From Squalus acanthias (taxonomy: Eukaryota), in assembly GCA_030390025.1 (NCBI GenBank), contig CM059434.1, positions 130,510,001 to 130,574,000 of the forward strand: a DNA stretch of 64,000 nucleotides, given 5' to 3'. The notes under the pieces were generated by a model, which worked only from the letters and a program-made list of their open reading frames with translations, was not told the DNA's origin and did no database searches. Position numbers and translations under genes: made by a program. Of this stretch, positions 1 through 12,408 are shown piece after piece; within the stretch, counting starts at the first letter, position 1, and each line of letters begins with the position of its first letter.

Positions 1-680
1 ATCTCAGGGTCAGGGGTTACTCCAATCTCGGGGTCAGGGGTCGCTCCAATCTCGGGGTCAGGGGTTACTCCAATCTCAGGGTCAGGGGTTACTCCAATCT
101 CGGGGTCAGGGGTTACTCCAATCTCAGGGTCAGGGGTTACTCCAATCTCGGGGTGAGGGGTCGCTCCAATCTCAGGGTCAGGGGTTACTCCAATCTCAGG
201 GTGAGGGGTTACTCCAATCTTGGGGTCAGGGGTTGCTCCAATCTCAGGGTCAGAGGTTACTCCAATCTCAGGGTCAGGGGTTACTCCAATCTCAGGGTCA
301 GGGGTTACTCCAATCTCTGGGTGAGGGGTTACTCCAATCTCGGGGTCAGGGGTTACTCCAATCTCTGGGTGAGGGGTTACTCCAATCTCAGGGTCAGGGG
401 TTACTCCAATCTCGGGGTCAGGGGTTACTCCAATCTCGGGGTCAGGGGTTGCTCCAATCTCGGGGTCAGGGGTTACTCCAATCTCGGGATCAGAGGTTAC
501 TCCAATCTCGGGGTCAGGGGTTACTCCAATCTCGGGGTCAGAGGTTACTCCAATCTCGGGGTGAGGGGTTACTCCAATCTCGGGGTCAGAGGTTGCTCCA
601 ATCTCGGGGTGAGGGGTTACTCCAATCTCGGGGTCAGGGGTTACTCCAATCTCGGGGTGAGGGGTTACTCCAATCTCCGA
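1..680. repeat. 21-bp tandem satellite/minisatellite (unit ~GGTTACTCCAATCTCRGGGTSAG), continues off the left edge
   Basis: About 32 near-identical 21-bp units are directly visible; they explain the repetitive ORFs 153..770 and 233..742. Confidence 0.95.
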
Positions 681-2174
681 GTAAAGGCGTTCGCCGCTGG
701 CCCCGATGTAAGCTTCCCACAAAGATCTCACGATCTCTGTAGCGAGAAGTTTCGCTTTTCCGATGTTTAGTTGAGGTCAGAGTAAGTTAATGGGGAATCC
801 CTAACATGAGCTGCTGTGACATAAACAAGCTGTCTAAGCATAGGAACATAAGAACTGGAGTGGGCCATTTAGCCCCCGAGCCTGTTCCACCATTCAATGA
901 GATCATGGCTGATCTGCGACCTAACTCCACATACCCGTCTTTGGCCCATATCCCTTAATACCTTTGGTTAACAAAAATCTATCAATCTCAGATTTAAAAT
1001 TAACAATTGATCTCGCATCAATTGCCGTTTGCAGAAGGGAGTTCCAAACTTCTACCACCCTTTGTGTGTAGAAGTGTTTCCTAATTTCACTCCTGAAAGG
1101 TCTGGCTCTAATTTTTAGGCTATGCCCCCTAGTCCTAGAATCCCCAACCAGCTGAAATAGTTTCTCTCTATCTACCCTATCTGTCCCCCTTAATATCTTG
1201 ACAACTTCAATCAAATCACCCCTTAACCTTCTAAATTCCAGGGAATACAACCCTAATTTGTGTAATCTCTCCTCGTAATTTAACCCTTGGAGTCCAGGTG
1301 TCATTCTGGTAAACCTACGCTGCACTCCCTCCAAGGCCAATATATCCTTCCTAAGTTGTGGTGCCCAGAACTGCTCACAGTACTCCAGGTATGGTCTAAC
1401 CAGGGCTTTGTATAGCTGCAGAATAACTTCTACCCCCTTGTACTCTCATCCTCTAGATATAAAGGCCAACATTACATTAGTCTTTTGATTATTTTCTGTA
1501 CCTGTTCATGACATTTTAATGATCTATGTACCTGGACCCCCAAGTCTGTTTCTAGCTTTTCACCAGTTAGAAAGAACCCTGTTCTATCCTTTTTAGGTCC
1601 AAAGTGGATGCCCTCACAAGCAGCCAATCACAATGCAGAATTCTCACAGACCGGGAACCAGGAAGTGAATAAGCTCATTTTATTCTAACTTTGTAAAAAT
1701 GTTATAGAGATCAAAATAAAGATTGGGGGTCTCACAGGGGGAAAAGGGTAAATCTGAAATAAAGATGAACAAACTTAATATAGCTTAAAAATTTTTATTT
1801 TTATTAAAATGGATAAATTTGACACTCCACAAAATTAAAATTTGATTTTTAGCGCCATAACATTTGTTTAGCAGTCAATACGTTGTTAAAACCCCAGTTA
1901 CACCTAATCCAAAAGGGTCTAACTTTTAATGGGATATTTAACAGCAATATTGCTGCGGAAGAGCCAAAGATTTCAGATTACACTGATTGCCGGCTGTGGC
2001 AGGGGGTGGGGGGCGGCCATGACTGTTATTACCCCTTTGAAACTGACCGCAACTTCAGGAAATCCGCGTTAGGATGCGCATGCGCTAAATCCTGAAGTTG
2101 CGGTCAGTTTCAAAGGGGTAATAACAGCGAACGCTATTCGTTCGCTGTTATTACCCACCGCAAATTCCGGGCCA
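681..2174. mobile_element. Probable non-autonomous DNA element (Harbinger-like MITE remnant) interrupted by a CR1 fragment
   Basis: Right end ...GCAAATTCCGGGCCA resembles the termini of the 59629-60372 element; CpG-rich end with internal hairpins; left end not identified. Confidence 0.4.
839..1618 (-). mobile_element. CR1 LINE 3' fragment
   Basis: ORF 921..1340 encodes a CR1 ORF2 C-terminus (LEGVQRRFTRM...LGLYSLEFRRLRGDLIE...HFYTQRVV); CR1 3' tail near 840. Confidence 0.9.
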
Positions 2175-2625
2175 TGATCTCAGAGTTTAAGGGTTTAGCC
2201 CTAACACAGGGTTTAAGCATTTGCCCCACGATCCGTTGATGGCTTTACTTCAAACTCATCATTTAAGGGTCTACCTCAATCTCAGTTAAGGCTTTTACCC
2301 CCAAACTCGTTGTTTGGGAGTTTACTTCAATGTCAGTTTAAAGGTTTATCCTGATATCAGGTTAACAATCTCAGTTGAAGGGGTAAATCCCAATCTTTAA
2401 TCTCGTGGAGTTTACCCCTATATCAGATTAAGGATTTACCGCAAACTCATCATTTAAGTGCTTACCCCAACCTGAGGGTTTATACATTGATCCCAATCTC
2501 ATTGTTTAATTCTTGACCCCAAACTCATCACTTAGCGAATTACCCCAATTTCAATTTAAGGGTTTAATCCCAATCTTGTGGGTTTAAGGGATCACCTCAA
2601 ACTCAATTTAAGAATGTATTGCAAT
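2175..2625. repeat. Degenerate ~21-22 bp tandem array related to the 1-680 satellite
   Basis: Recurring GGGTTTA-CCCCAA-TCTC(A)-like units. Confidence 0.65.
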
Positions 2626-4582
2626 CTGATTTACTGTGCTTGATACTTAATATGCTGTATCTGTCAAATATGTATTCATCATAATGTTTATTAAAAGCTA
2701 TTACCAGTTGTTCTTGAATGAGGATATGACCTAGAATTGGTGCCTGTCTGGTTTTTGGACAGTCCATTTTTTTTGGCAGGCTATTGCGAGCTTTACCAGT
2801 TTATAGAAACTTACAGCACAGAAGGAGGCAATTCAGCTCGTCGCCCCTGTGCTGGCTCTTTGAAAGAGCAGTCGTGCTTAGCCCCACACCCCCTGCTTTT
2901 TGTCTGTAACCCTGTAAGTTTCTCATCCTCAAGTACAAATCCCTTTTAAGATTATTTAAGGAATCAGTTTTCACCACCTTTTCAAGTAGAACGTTCCAGA
3001 TCCCGACAACTCTCTAAGTGAAAAAAAATGTATAAACCCAAGTAACCCATGTGCTTTTTTAACCACCTTATCAACTTGCCCTGCCACCTTTAAGGATTTG
3101 TGTACATGGACAGCAAGGTCTCCCTCCTAATCTACACTTTTCAAAATTGGGTCATTTATAGTATATTGTCTTTCCATATTAGTCCTCCCAAAGTGATGTA
3201 CTTTGGGAGGACTAATATGAAAGACACAACTAATCTTTAATAACATACTCTGTTATTCTGTTTCTGATGCCTGCAATTATGAGAATGAGTTTCGACCCCG
3301 GGGAGTTTCACCCTGAGGGGGAGAATCACCCTGAGGGAGTTTCATAGGTAGGACATTCACCCACAGATGAGAGTTTCACCCCATGAAAGGATTTGAGGGG
3401 GGAAACTCTTATGGAGGAAATGGGAAGCAGCCCAAGATGGGGTAAGAAAGACCAGCCCGGAGGTGGGCGCGCAGTCCAACAGAAGGCTGCCCCCAACCCT
3501 ACTGCAGGGAGCTCAACATTAACATGAAGCACAGGCCCCAAAGTTCCGCAGGGGATCCACCATAACTTTGGGGGGGGGGGGGGGTGGGGGGAGAGGGTAG
3601 ACCAGCGGAACCCACACGGAAATGGAGGAGAATGGCAATGAAGGAGAAAATGGATGGCAATAGAGGGTACGGGGGAAATGGTTGGTCATGAAATAGAGAG
3701 GGAAAGGGGCAGAAGCTGGGAATGTGGCTGGGGGGAGGAGGTGGGGCGAAGTTGGGAGGGTGTTTTGGGGGAAAGGAAGGGGAATGTCGGCATTAGCTGG
3801 ATGAGAATGGGGAGGAAAAGTCAACTCATTTAAATATGGCACCATCATGAACTGGGGGGCAAAGTGTGTCAGCGTGAACTCTGGGAGGGGAGAGGAAGAG
3901 AGTACCAGCTTGAACTGGGAGTGTTGGCGAAGACAGCGGCCCTGAATTTACTTGTCGTTTTCACTGGTTATGCAGCATTAAATCCGGGCAAATATTTTTT
4001 TTATTTGGCTAGCAAATTGGGGTGGAAAATCGATCCGCCCGAATTTCTAAACAAGATTTGGCTCTTCCACGGTCCATCCATCAAGTCTCCATGCCCCCTA
4101 ATTTAAATAAAGGTCAAAGGTGCTGCAGCCCCAAATCTCCTGGATTGAAGCTCGCAATGCACTAAGGGTACGTTAGAATGAGAAATATAAGGTGCAGCTG
4201 TTGCCAAGATCATCTGGTATGGAGGTGAAGAACTTTTGACCCTGGAGAGGGTTGAAAGTTTGAGTCGCGATTGCTGCAGTTGGGATTGGTTTTAGTGCTG
4301 GATTTACTTCTGACTGCCTGTGGGACTGTGAGACTACCAGGAAATTTTACTCGCCCCCCCCATCCACAGGGAGAGCATCTCTGGTGCTGCTATAGTTTCC
4401 CCAATGGACTCACCTTTGTATGCCATTTAAATAGCATGCACCACACCAGATATTACCCCCACCCCGAAGAATATAAAGGCAGCACATGTCCGATGAAGAT
4501 CTCAGCTAGGAGCTCCATATTATACGAGAGTATTTTATCCGAGGCAACAGGGGAATTGTCCCACTTACTACATGAAGACCTG

Positions 4583-4945
4583 ATTAAAGGAGTTGATAGG
4601 GTGGATAGAGAGAAACTATTTCCTCTGGTGGGGGGAGTCCAGAACAAGGGGGCTTAACCTTAAAATTAGAGCTAGACCATTCAGGGGTGATGTCAGGAAG
4701 CACTTCTTCACACAAGGGTAGTGGAAATCTGGAACTCTCTCCCCCAAAAAGTTGTTGATGATGAGGAGTCAGTTGAAAATTGCAAAACTGAGATTGATAG
4801 ATTTTCGTTACTCAAGGGTAATTAAGGGTTACGGAACCAAGGCGGGTAGATGGAGTTAAAATACAGATTAGCCATGATCTAATTGAATGGCGGAACAGGC
4901 TTGAAGGATTGAATGGCCTCCTCTTGTTCCTATCTTCCTATGTTC
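4583..4945 (+). mobile_element. CR1 LINE 3' end
   Basis: KGVDRVDREKLFPLVG coding remnant plus 3' UTR (GCCATGATCTAATTGAATGGCGGAACAGGC). Confidence 0.85.
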
Positions 4946-5878
4946 CAATGCAACCATGTTCATCTGCCCACGCTGCTCTGCCTGTGGCTATGAAGGCAAT
5001 GACCGCACTCAACATTTTATGGCACTGGGTCCTTTCAAGCAGCCATGGGAGAGCTATGAAACATCACCTAGGGTGCCGTCCAGGCAAGTACTCATCAGGT
5101 CAGTGCTACATATTCTCTACGGATCACGGGAATTCATCCAGCTTGACATCGTAGCAAGATAGCAGCGAGATAGGACCCTTATTTTTTTTAGATTAAAAAT
5201 CTATTAATTGTCATGTGAAAAAAGTGCTGAACATTAACCAGAATGCATCAACTTAAATGTACAAATTCAAAATTTTCTAAGGGAACACACGCCCAGTCTC
5301 CCCAAGAAACTCACCACCAATCTTGTGATTTCAATATTTGGATTTCCTTTTCAATTTTTCATGTACTTATCTATCACAGATGCTGCCTGACCTGCTGAGT
5401 ATTTCAAGCATTTTCTGTTTATAATTCAGATTTCCAGCATCCGCAGTATTTGCCTTTTGTTTCACGTTTTGTCTTCCCTACAATACAAGTAAAAAAAAAA
5501 TGTGTATTTGTACATCATATATAAAGGAAAAATGTGTAGGGCTGTGGGGAAAGAGCAGGGGAGTGGGACTAATTGGATAGCTATTTCAAAGAGCTGGCAC
5601 AGTCTGTGCTGTACGATTCTGTGATATCCCTACTGATTATGGTACAAATCCTGTATAACTACTTGTTTCCACATGTCAGGGCTGGCTTTGACTGGCTAGC
5701 TTTTGAAGCTGTTCATCAGCTTTTGTTACTCTTCTAGATCATCAAGTATGGATAAAATTACTATGTAGAGCAGTCACAGTTGCTGCGTGGGCCAATGCAG
5801 CAGCTATTTTGCTCATAGCAAGGTTCCAGAAACAGCAATGGAGTTGGTTAAGATGTTGGCCAGGACAGTGGGAGAACT

Positions 5879-6357
5879 GAAATAAAAACAGAAAATGCTG
5901 GAAACACTCAGCAGGTCAGGCAGCATCTGTGAACAACAACAGCAACAACAACTTGTATTTATATAGCGCCTTTAACGTAGTAAAACGTCCCAAGGCGCTT
6001 CACAGGAGTATTTTAAGACAAAAAATTTTTTTGACACTGATCCACATCAGGATAAACTAGGGCAGGTGACTAAAAGCTTGGTCAAAGAGGTAGGTTTTAA
6101 GGAGCGTCTTAAAGGAGGAAAGAGAGGTAGCGAGGCGGAGAGGTTTAGGCAGGGAATTCCAGAGCTTAGGGCCTAGGCAACAGAAGGCACGACCACCAAT
6201 GGTTGAGTGATTATAATCAGGGATACTCAAGACAGAAACAAGAGTTAACATTTCAGGTCTATGACCTTTCATTAGAACTGGAAGACGATAGAGATGAGCA
6301 GCTTTTTAAGCAAGTACAGAGCCAGTGAAAACGGAGCAGGGAAAGAACAAAAGGGAA
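5879..6357 (-). mobile_element. Old Penelope-like family-B terminus split by an L2 fragment; probably continues at ~8550-8690
   Basis: AACAGAAAATGCTGGAAACACTCAGCAGGTCAGGCAGCATCTGTG...GAGTTAACATTTCAGGTCTATGACCTTTCATTAG matches the arms at 24493 and 55983. Confidence 0.6.
5932..6230 (-). mobile_element. L2 LINE 3' end
   Basis: ORF 6057..6272 GGRAFCCLGPKLWNSLP...SFKTLLKTYLF; (TTG)n tail. Confidence 0.8.
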
Positions 6358-7642
6358 AAAAAGAAAGACTTGCATTTATATAGCGCCTTTCACGACCACG
6401 GGATGTCCCAAAGTGCTTTACAGCCAATTAAGTACTTTTTAAAAAAGTGTAATCGCTGTTGCAATGTAGGAAACGCGGCAGCCAATTTGCACACAGCAAG
6501 CTCCCACAAACAGCAATGTGATAATGACCAGATAATCTGTTTTCAGTGATGTTGATTGAGGGATAAATATTGGCTAGGACACCGGGGATAACTCCCCTGC
6601 TCTTCTTCGAAATAGTGCCATGGGATCTTTTACGTCCACCTGAGAGAGCAGACGGGGCCTTGGTTTAAAGTCTCGTCTGAAAGACAGCAGCTTTGACAGT
6701 GCAGCACTCCCTCAGTACTGCACTGGAGTGTCAGCGCTAGATTTTTGTGCTCAAGTCAAGTTTTGTGCACGAAACTCAAAAGGTTAGTATGCAGGTGCAG
6801 CAAGTGATTAAGAAGGCAAATGGAATGTTGGCTTTCATTGCTAGGGGGATAGAATATAAAAATAGGGAGGTATTGCTTCAGTTGTACAAGGTATTGGTGA
6901 GACCGCACCTGGAATACTGCATACAGTTTTGGTGTCCTTACTTAAGGAAAGACATCCTTGCTCTCGAGGCAGTGCAAAAAAGGTTCACTCGGTTAATCCC
7001 GGGGATGAGGGGGTGGTCATATGAGGAGAGGTTGGGTAGATTGGGACTCTACTCATTGGAGTTCAGAAGAATGAGAGGCGATCTTATTGAAACATATAAG
7101 ATTGTGAAGGGGTTGGATCGGGTGGATGCGGGGAGGATGTTCCCGATGACGGGTGAGACGAGAACTAGGGGACATAGTCTTAGAATAAGGGGCTGCTCTT
7201 TCAAAACTGAGATGAGGAGGAACTACTTCACTCAGAGGGTGGTAGGTCCATGGAATATGCTGCCACAAAAAGCTGTAGAAGCTACAACATTAATTAAATT
7301 TAAAACAGAAATAGACAGTTTCCTAGAAGTAAAGGGCATTAAGGGTTACGGGGAGCGGGCAGGAATTTGGACATGAGTCTAGGTTCGGATCGGTCATGGC
7401 CCTGTGGGTAGTGGAGCGGGCCCAGGGACTGTGTAGCCTGATTCTGCTCCTATTTCGTGTGTGCAATTCTGTTAGATGCAGGAGATGGTTCTGTGATAGA
7501 TAGTAGATTGGCGGTTAGGATCAGATCAGCCATGATCTTATTGAATGGCGGAGCAGGCTCGAGGGGCCGATTGGCCTACTCCTGCTCCTATTTCTTATGT
7601 TCTTATGTTCTTATAAGTCTCTGGAGTGGGACTTGAAACCAC
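6358..7642 (-). mobile_element. tRNA-derived Deu-type SINE (SacSINE1-like) interrupted by a CR1 at 6758-7614
   Basis: Same sequence as the copies at 11945 and 52384; resumes after the CR1 with an AAGTC duplication (6753-6757 / 7615-7619). Confidence 0.75.
6758..7614 (+). mobile_element. CR1 LINE 3' fragment
   Basis: ORF 6747..7376 is a CR1 ORF2 C-terminus; (TTCTTATG)n tail. Confidence 0.9.
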
Positions 7643-8257
7643 AACAAGAGCAGATCTGAGGCTTGGTATTCTGCGGCAAGTGTCTCACCTCCTGACTCCC
7701 CAAAGCCTTTCCACCATCTACAAGGCACAAGTCAGGAGTGTGATGGAATACTCTCCACTTGCCTGGATGAGTGCAGCTCCAATAACACTCAAGAAGCTCG
7801 ACACCATCCAGGACAAAGCAGCCCGCTTGATTGGCACCCCATCCGCCACCTTAAACATTCACTCCCTCCACCACCGGCGTACCGTGGCTGCAGTGTGTAC
7901 CATCTACAAGATGCACTGCAGCAACTCGCCAAGGCTTCTTGGGCAGCACCTCCCAAACCCACGACCTCTGCCACCTAGAAGGACACGGGCAGCAGGCGCA
8001 TGGGAACACCACCACCTCCAAGTTCCCCTCCAAGTCACACACCATCCTGACTTAGAAGTATATCGCCGATCCTTCATCGTCGCTGGGTCAAAATCCTGGC
8101 ACTCCCTCCCTAACAGCACTGTGGGAGTACCTTCACCACACGGACTGCAGCGGTTCAAGAAAGCGGCTCACCACCACCTTCTCAAGGGCAATTAGGGATG
8201 GGCAATAAATGCTGGCCTTGCCAGTGATGCCCACATCCCGTGAACAAATTAAAAAAA
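7643..8257 (+). mobile_element. LINE 3' fragment of a second non-LTR family (CR1/Jockey group)
   Basis: YKAQVRSVMEYSPLAW...LDTIQDKAARLI post-RT motif and A-rich tail; related pieces at 24225-24305, 25770-26133 and 45035-45210. Confidence 0.75.
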
Positions 8258-8724
8258 CTTTGGACTCAGAGGCGAGGATGGAGGAACAGAGGGAGCTGGG
8301 GGCACAGATACAAAGATCACTGAAAGTCACGGCGCAGGTTAATAAGGCCATAAAAAAGCAAACCAAGCACTGGGGTTCATTTCTAGAGGGATAGAATTGA
8401 AAAGCAGAGGAGTTATGTTAAACTTGTACAGAACCTTGGTAAGACCGCACTTGGAGTACTGTGAACAGTTCTGGTCTCCATATTATAAAAAGGATATAGA
8501 GGCCCTGGAGAGGGCGCAGAGAAGATTTACTGAGCCACAGCTGACACGGGAGAGAGTTGTGATAGAGTGGAGGGCAGGAGTGATTAAATGACAATAGTAA
8601 TGATGGTGCGAGGCAAAAGGAGGTGATAATGAGACAAGTAGAGAAACAAAAGATGGGTCTAGAGGAGGTGTAAATAGTTACAGCAGAATAGCAGAGAGGG
8701 AGAGAGAAGCACAGGAAATTTGGC

Positions 8725-11335
8725 AAGATCAGTAGGAGAAAGGATATTGGCTCAGAAAATCAAGATGTAGAATCAGTCTGGGTGGAGCTAAGAAGCGCCA
8801 AGGGGCAGAAAACATTGGTGGGAGTTGTCTATAGGCCTCCAAACAGCAGTGGTAATGTAGGGGATGGCATCAAACAGGAAATTAGAGATGCATGTAACAA
8901 GGGTACTACAGTAATCATGGGTGACTTTAATCTACATATAGACTGGCCAAACCAAATTAGCAATAATACTGTGGAGGATGAATTCCTGGAGTGTGTATGA
9001 GATTTTTTTTAGACCAGTACATTGAGGAACCAACTAGGGGACAGGCTATCCTAGATTGGGTATTGTGCAATGAGAAGAGGTTAATTAATAATCTTGTTGT
9101 GCGGGGTCCTTTAGGGAAGAGTGACCATAACATGATAAAACTCTTCATTAAAATGGAAAGTGAAGAAGTTCAATCCGAAACTAGGGTCCTAAATCTAAAC
9201 AAAGGAAACTACGAAGGTATGAGGAGTGAGTTGGCTATGATAGATTGGGGAGCTTCATTAAAAGGCATGATGGTGGATAGGCAATGGCTAACATTTAAGG
9301 AATGAATTCATGAATTACAACAGTTATACATTCCTTTCTGGCGCAAAAACACAAAAGGAAAAGCAGCCCAACCATGGCTAACAAAAGAAATTAAGGGTAG
9401 TATTAGATCCAAAGAGGAGTCATATAAAGTTGCCAGAAAAAGTAGCAAGCATGAGGATTGGGAGCAGTTTAGAGTTCGGCAAAAAAGGACCAAGAGATTG
9501 ATTAAGAGGGGAAAAATAGAGTATGAGAGTAAACTTGCAAGGAACATAAAGGTGGTTTGTAAAAGCTTCTACAAGTATGTAAAAAGAAAATGATTAGTGA
9601 AGACAAATGTAGGTCCCTTACAGTCAGAAACGGGAGAATTTATAATGGGGAACAAGGAAATGGCAGAGCAATTAAACAAATACTTTGGTTCTGTCTTCAC
9701 GGAAGAGGACACAAATAACTTCCCAGAAATGCTAGGGAAACAATGGTCTAGTGAGAAGGAGGAATTAAAGGAAATTAGTATTAGTAAAAAAATAGTGCTG
9801 GAGAAATTAATGGGACTGAAAACTGATAAATCCCCAGAGCCTGATAATCTGCATCCCAGAGTACTAAAAGAGGTACCCATGGAAATTCCAAAATTCTATA
9901 GATTATGGAACAGTTCCTGCAGATTGGAGGGTGGCAAATGTAACCCCACTATTTAAAAAAGGAGGGAGAGAGAAAACAGGGAACCACAGACTGGTTAGCC
10001 GAACATCAGTAGTAGGGAAAATGCTAGAGTCTATTATAAAGGATGTGATAACGGGACACTTAGAAAATATCAATGGGATTAGACAAAGTCAACATGGATT
10101 TATGAAAGGGAAATCATGTTTGACAAACCTACTGGAGTTTTCTTGAGGATGTAACTGGTAGAATAGATAAGGGAGAACCAGTGGATGTGGTGTATTTGGA
10201 TTTTCAGAAGGCCTTTGATAAAGTCCCACATAAGAGGTTAGTGTGCAAAATAAAGCACATGGGATTGGGGGTAATATACTGGCATGGATTGAAAATTGGT
10301 TAACAGACAGGAAACAGAGAGTAGGAATAAATGGGTCTTTTTCAGGGTGGCAGGCGGTAACTAGTGGGGTACCGCAGGGGTCAGTGCTTGGGCCCCAGCT
10401 ATTCACAATATATATCAATGATTTGGATGAGGGAACCAAATGTAATATTTCCAAGTTTGCTGACGACACGAAACTAAGTGGGATTGTGAGTTGTGAGGAG
10501 GATGTAAAGAGGCTTCAAGGCGATTTAGACAAGTTGAGTGAGTGGGCAAATACATGGCAGATGCAGTATAACGTGGATAAATGTGAAGTTATCCACTTCG
10601 GTAGGAAAAACAGAAAGGTAGAGTATTATTTAAATGGTGAGAGATTGGGAAATGCTGATGTACAAAGGGACCTGGGTGTCCTTGTATACCAGTCACTGAA
10701 AGCAAACATGCAGGTGCAGCAAGCAGTTAGGAAGGCAAATGGTTTGTTGGCCTTCATTGCAAGAGGATTTGAGTACAGGAGCAAGGATATCTTACTACAA
10801 GGTCTCCTTACCTAAGAAAGGATACACTTGCCATAGAGGGAGTGCAGCGAAGGTTCACCAGACTGATTCCTGGGATGGCAGGACCTGTCGTATGAGGAGA
10901 TATTGGGTCGACTAGGCCTGTATTCACTAGAGTTCAGAAGAATGAGAGGGGATCTCATTGAAACATATAAAATTATGACAGGGCTAGACAGACTGGATGC
11001 AGGGAGGATGTTTCCCCTGGCTGGGGGCTCTAGAACGAGGGGTCACAGTCTCAGGATACGGGGTAGGACATTTAGGACTGAGATGAGGAGAAATTTCTTC
11101 ACTCAGAGGGTGGTGGAATTCTCTACCACAGAAGGCTGTGGAGGCCAAGTCACTGAATATATTTAAGAAGGAGATAGATAGATTTCTAGACACAAAAGGC
11201 ATCAAGGGGTATGGGGAGAGAGCGGGAATATGGTATTGAGATAGAGGATCAGCCATGATCATATTGAATGGCGGAGTAGGCTCGAAGGGCCAAATGGCCT
11301 ACTCCTGCTCCTATTTTTGTATGTCTATGTTTCTA
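8725..11335 (+). mobile_element. CR1 LINE, long disrupted ORF2 remnant (APE endonuclease C-terminal part, RT, 3' UTR)
   Basis: VGVVYRPP / GDFN / SDHN endonuclease motifs; QHGF, GVPQGSVLGP and KFADD RT motifs split across frameshifted ORFs. Confidence 0.92.
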
Positions 11336-11944
11336 GGAGAACTTCCTGATCTCCAAACTACCTTAACATTCAGTTGGAGGCAGACATTAGTTTAACATTC
11401 CACTCAAAGGACACGACAATCACAGTGCTACTGAAGTGTAAATTCACATGATGTGCTCAAAGCCTGGAAAGGGGCTTAAGTCCACAACCTACTAAGGTGT
11501 GCAATATACAAAGCATTCTTTTGCAGATCCCTGATCATATTACAGATTTTTTTTAATGTTCTATAAGCATCTCATCTGCATTTATTCTAATGCAAGCTAG
11601 AAAAATCTCCCAAGAACTTAATCATCTCATAAGACAATTCAATTTATCCAAGTTAGCTGCCACTGCACAACTCCCCAGTTTACTGTGATGCAGCAAGTGC
11701 TCGCAGGATGTGTTTTTACACCGTCTACGTGCCTCCTGAGGGGCATAGTAGCGAGAGGGGGGCAATTCGGAGTACATGCGCTCCCTGCGTGATTGCATCT
11801 CGGTACGTGGGCTCCAATTGTAAACAAAACAAACGCCATATGAACTATGGCTTTAAAGCAGACACGTTACTGTTCTGCAGCATTGGCCAGGAGTCACTGG
11901 TTTCAGAGAAAAAAAAACTTTTACATGACTTGGAACTACAATAA

Positions 11945-12405
11945 TATAAAGAAAGAAAGAAAGACTTGCATTTACTGTATATAGCGCCTTTCACGACCAC
12001 CGGACGTCTCAAAGCACCTTACAGCCAATGAAGTACTTTTGAAGTGGAGTCACTGTTGTAATGTGGGAAACGCGGCAGCCAATTTGCGCACAGCAAGCTC
12101 CCACAGACAGCAATGTGATAATAACCAGATAATCTGTTTTTGTTATGTTGGTTGAGGGATAAATATTGGCCAGGACACCGGGATAACTCCCCTGCTCTTC
12201 TTTGAAATAGTGGCCATGGGATCTTTTATGTCAACCTGAGAGAGCAGACGGGGACTCGGTTTAACGTCTCATCTGAAAGACGGCACCTCCGATAGTGCAG
12301 CACTCACTCAGCACTGCACTGAAGTGTCAGCCTAGCTTTTTTATGTGCTCAAGTCCCTGGAGTGGGACTTGAACCACAACCTTCTGACTCAGAGGCGAGT
12401 GTGCT
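11945..12405 (-). mobile_element. Deu-type SINE (SacSINE1-like), near full length
   Basis: tRNA-like head (reverse of TCTGAGTCAGAAGGTTGTGGTTCAAGTCCCAC), conserved core, (CTTT)n tail. Confidence 0.8.
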
Positions 12406-12408
12406 ACG

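Noticed and set aside
1-680. CRISPR array or telomeric repeat
   Set aside because: Head-to-tail units with no unique spacers, no cas genes, and no TTAGGG units
153-770. Repetitive ORFs (RGYSNLG)n and (LLQSRGQG)n
   Set aside because: Stop-free frames of a 21-bp satellite; no splice, promoter or homology support
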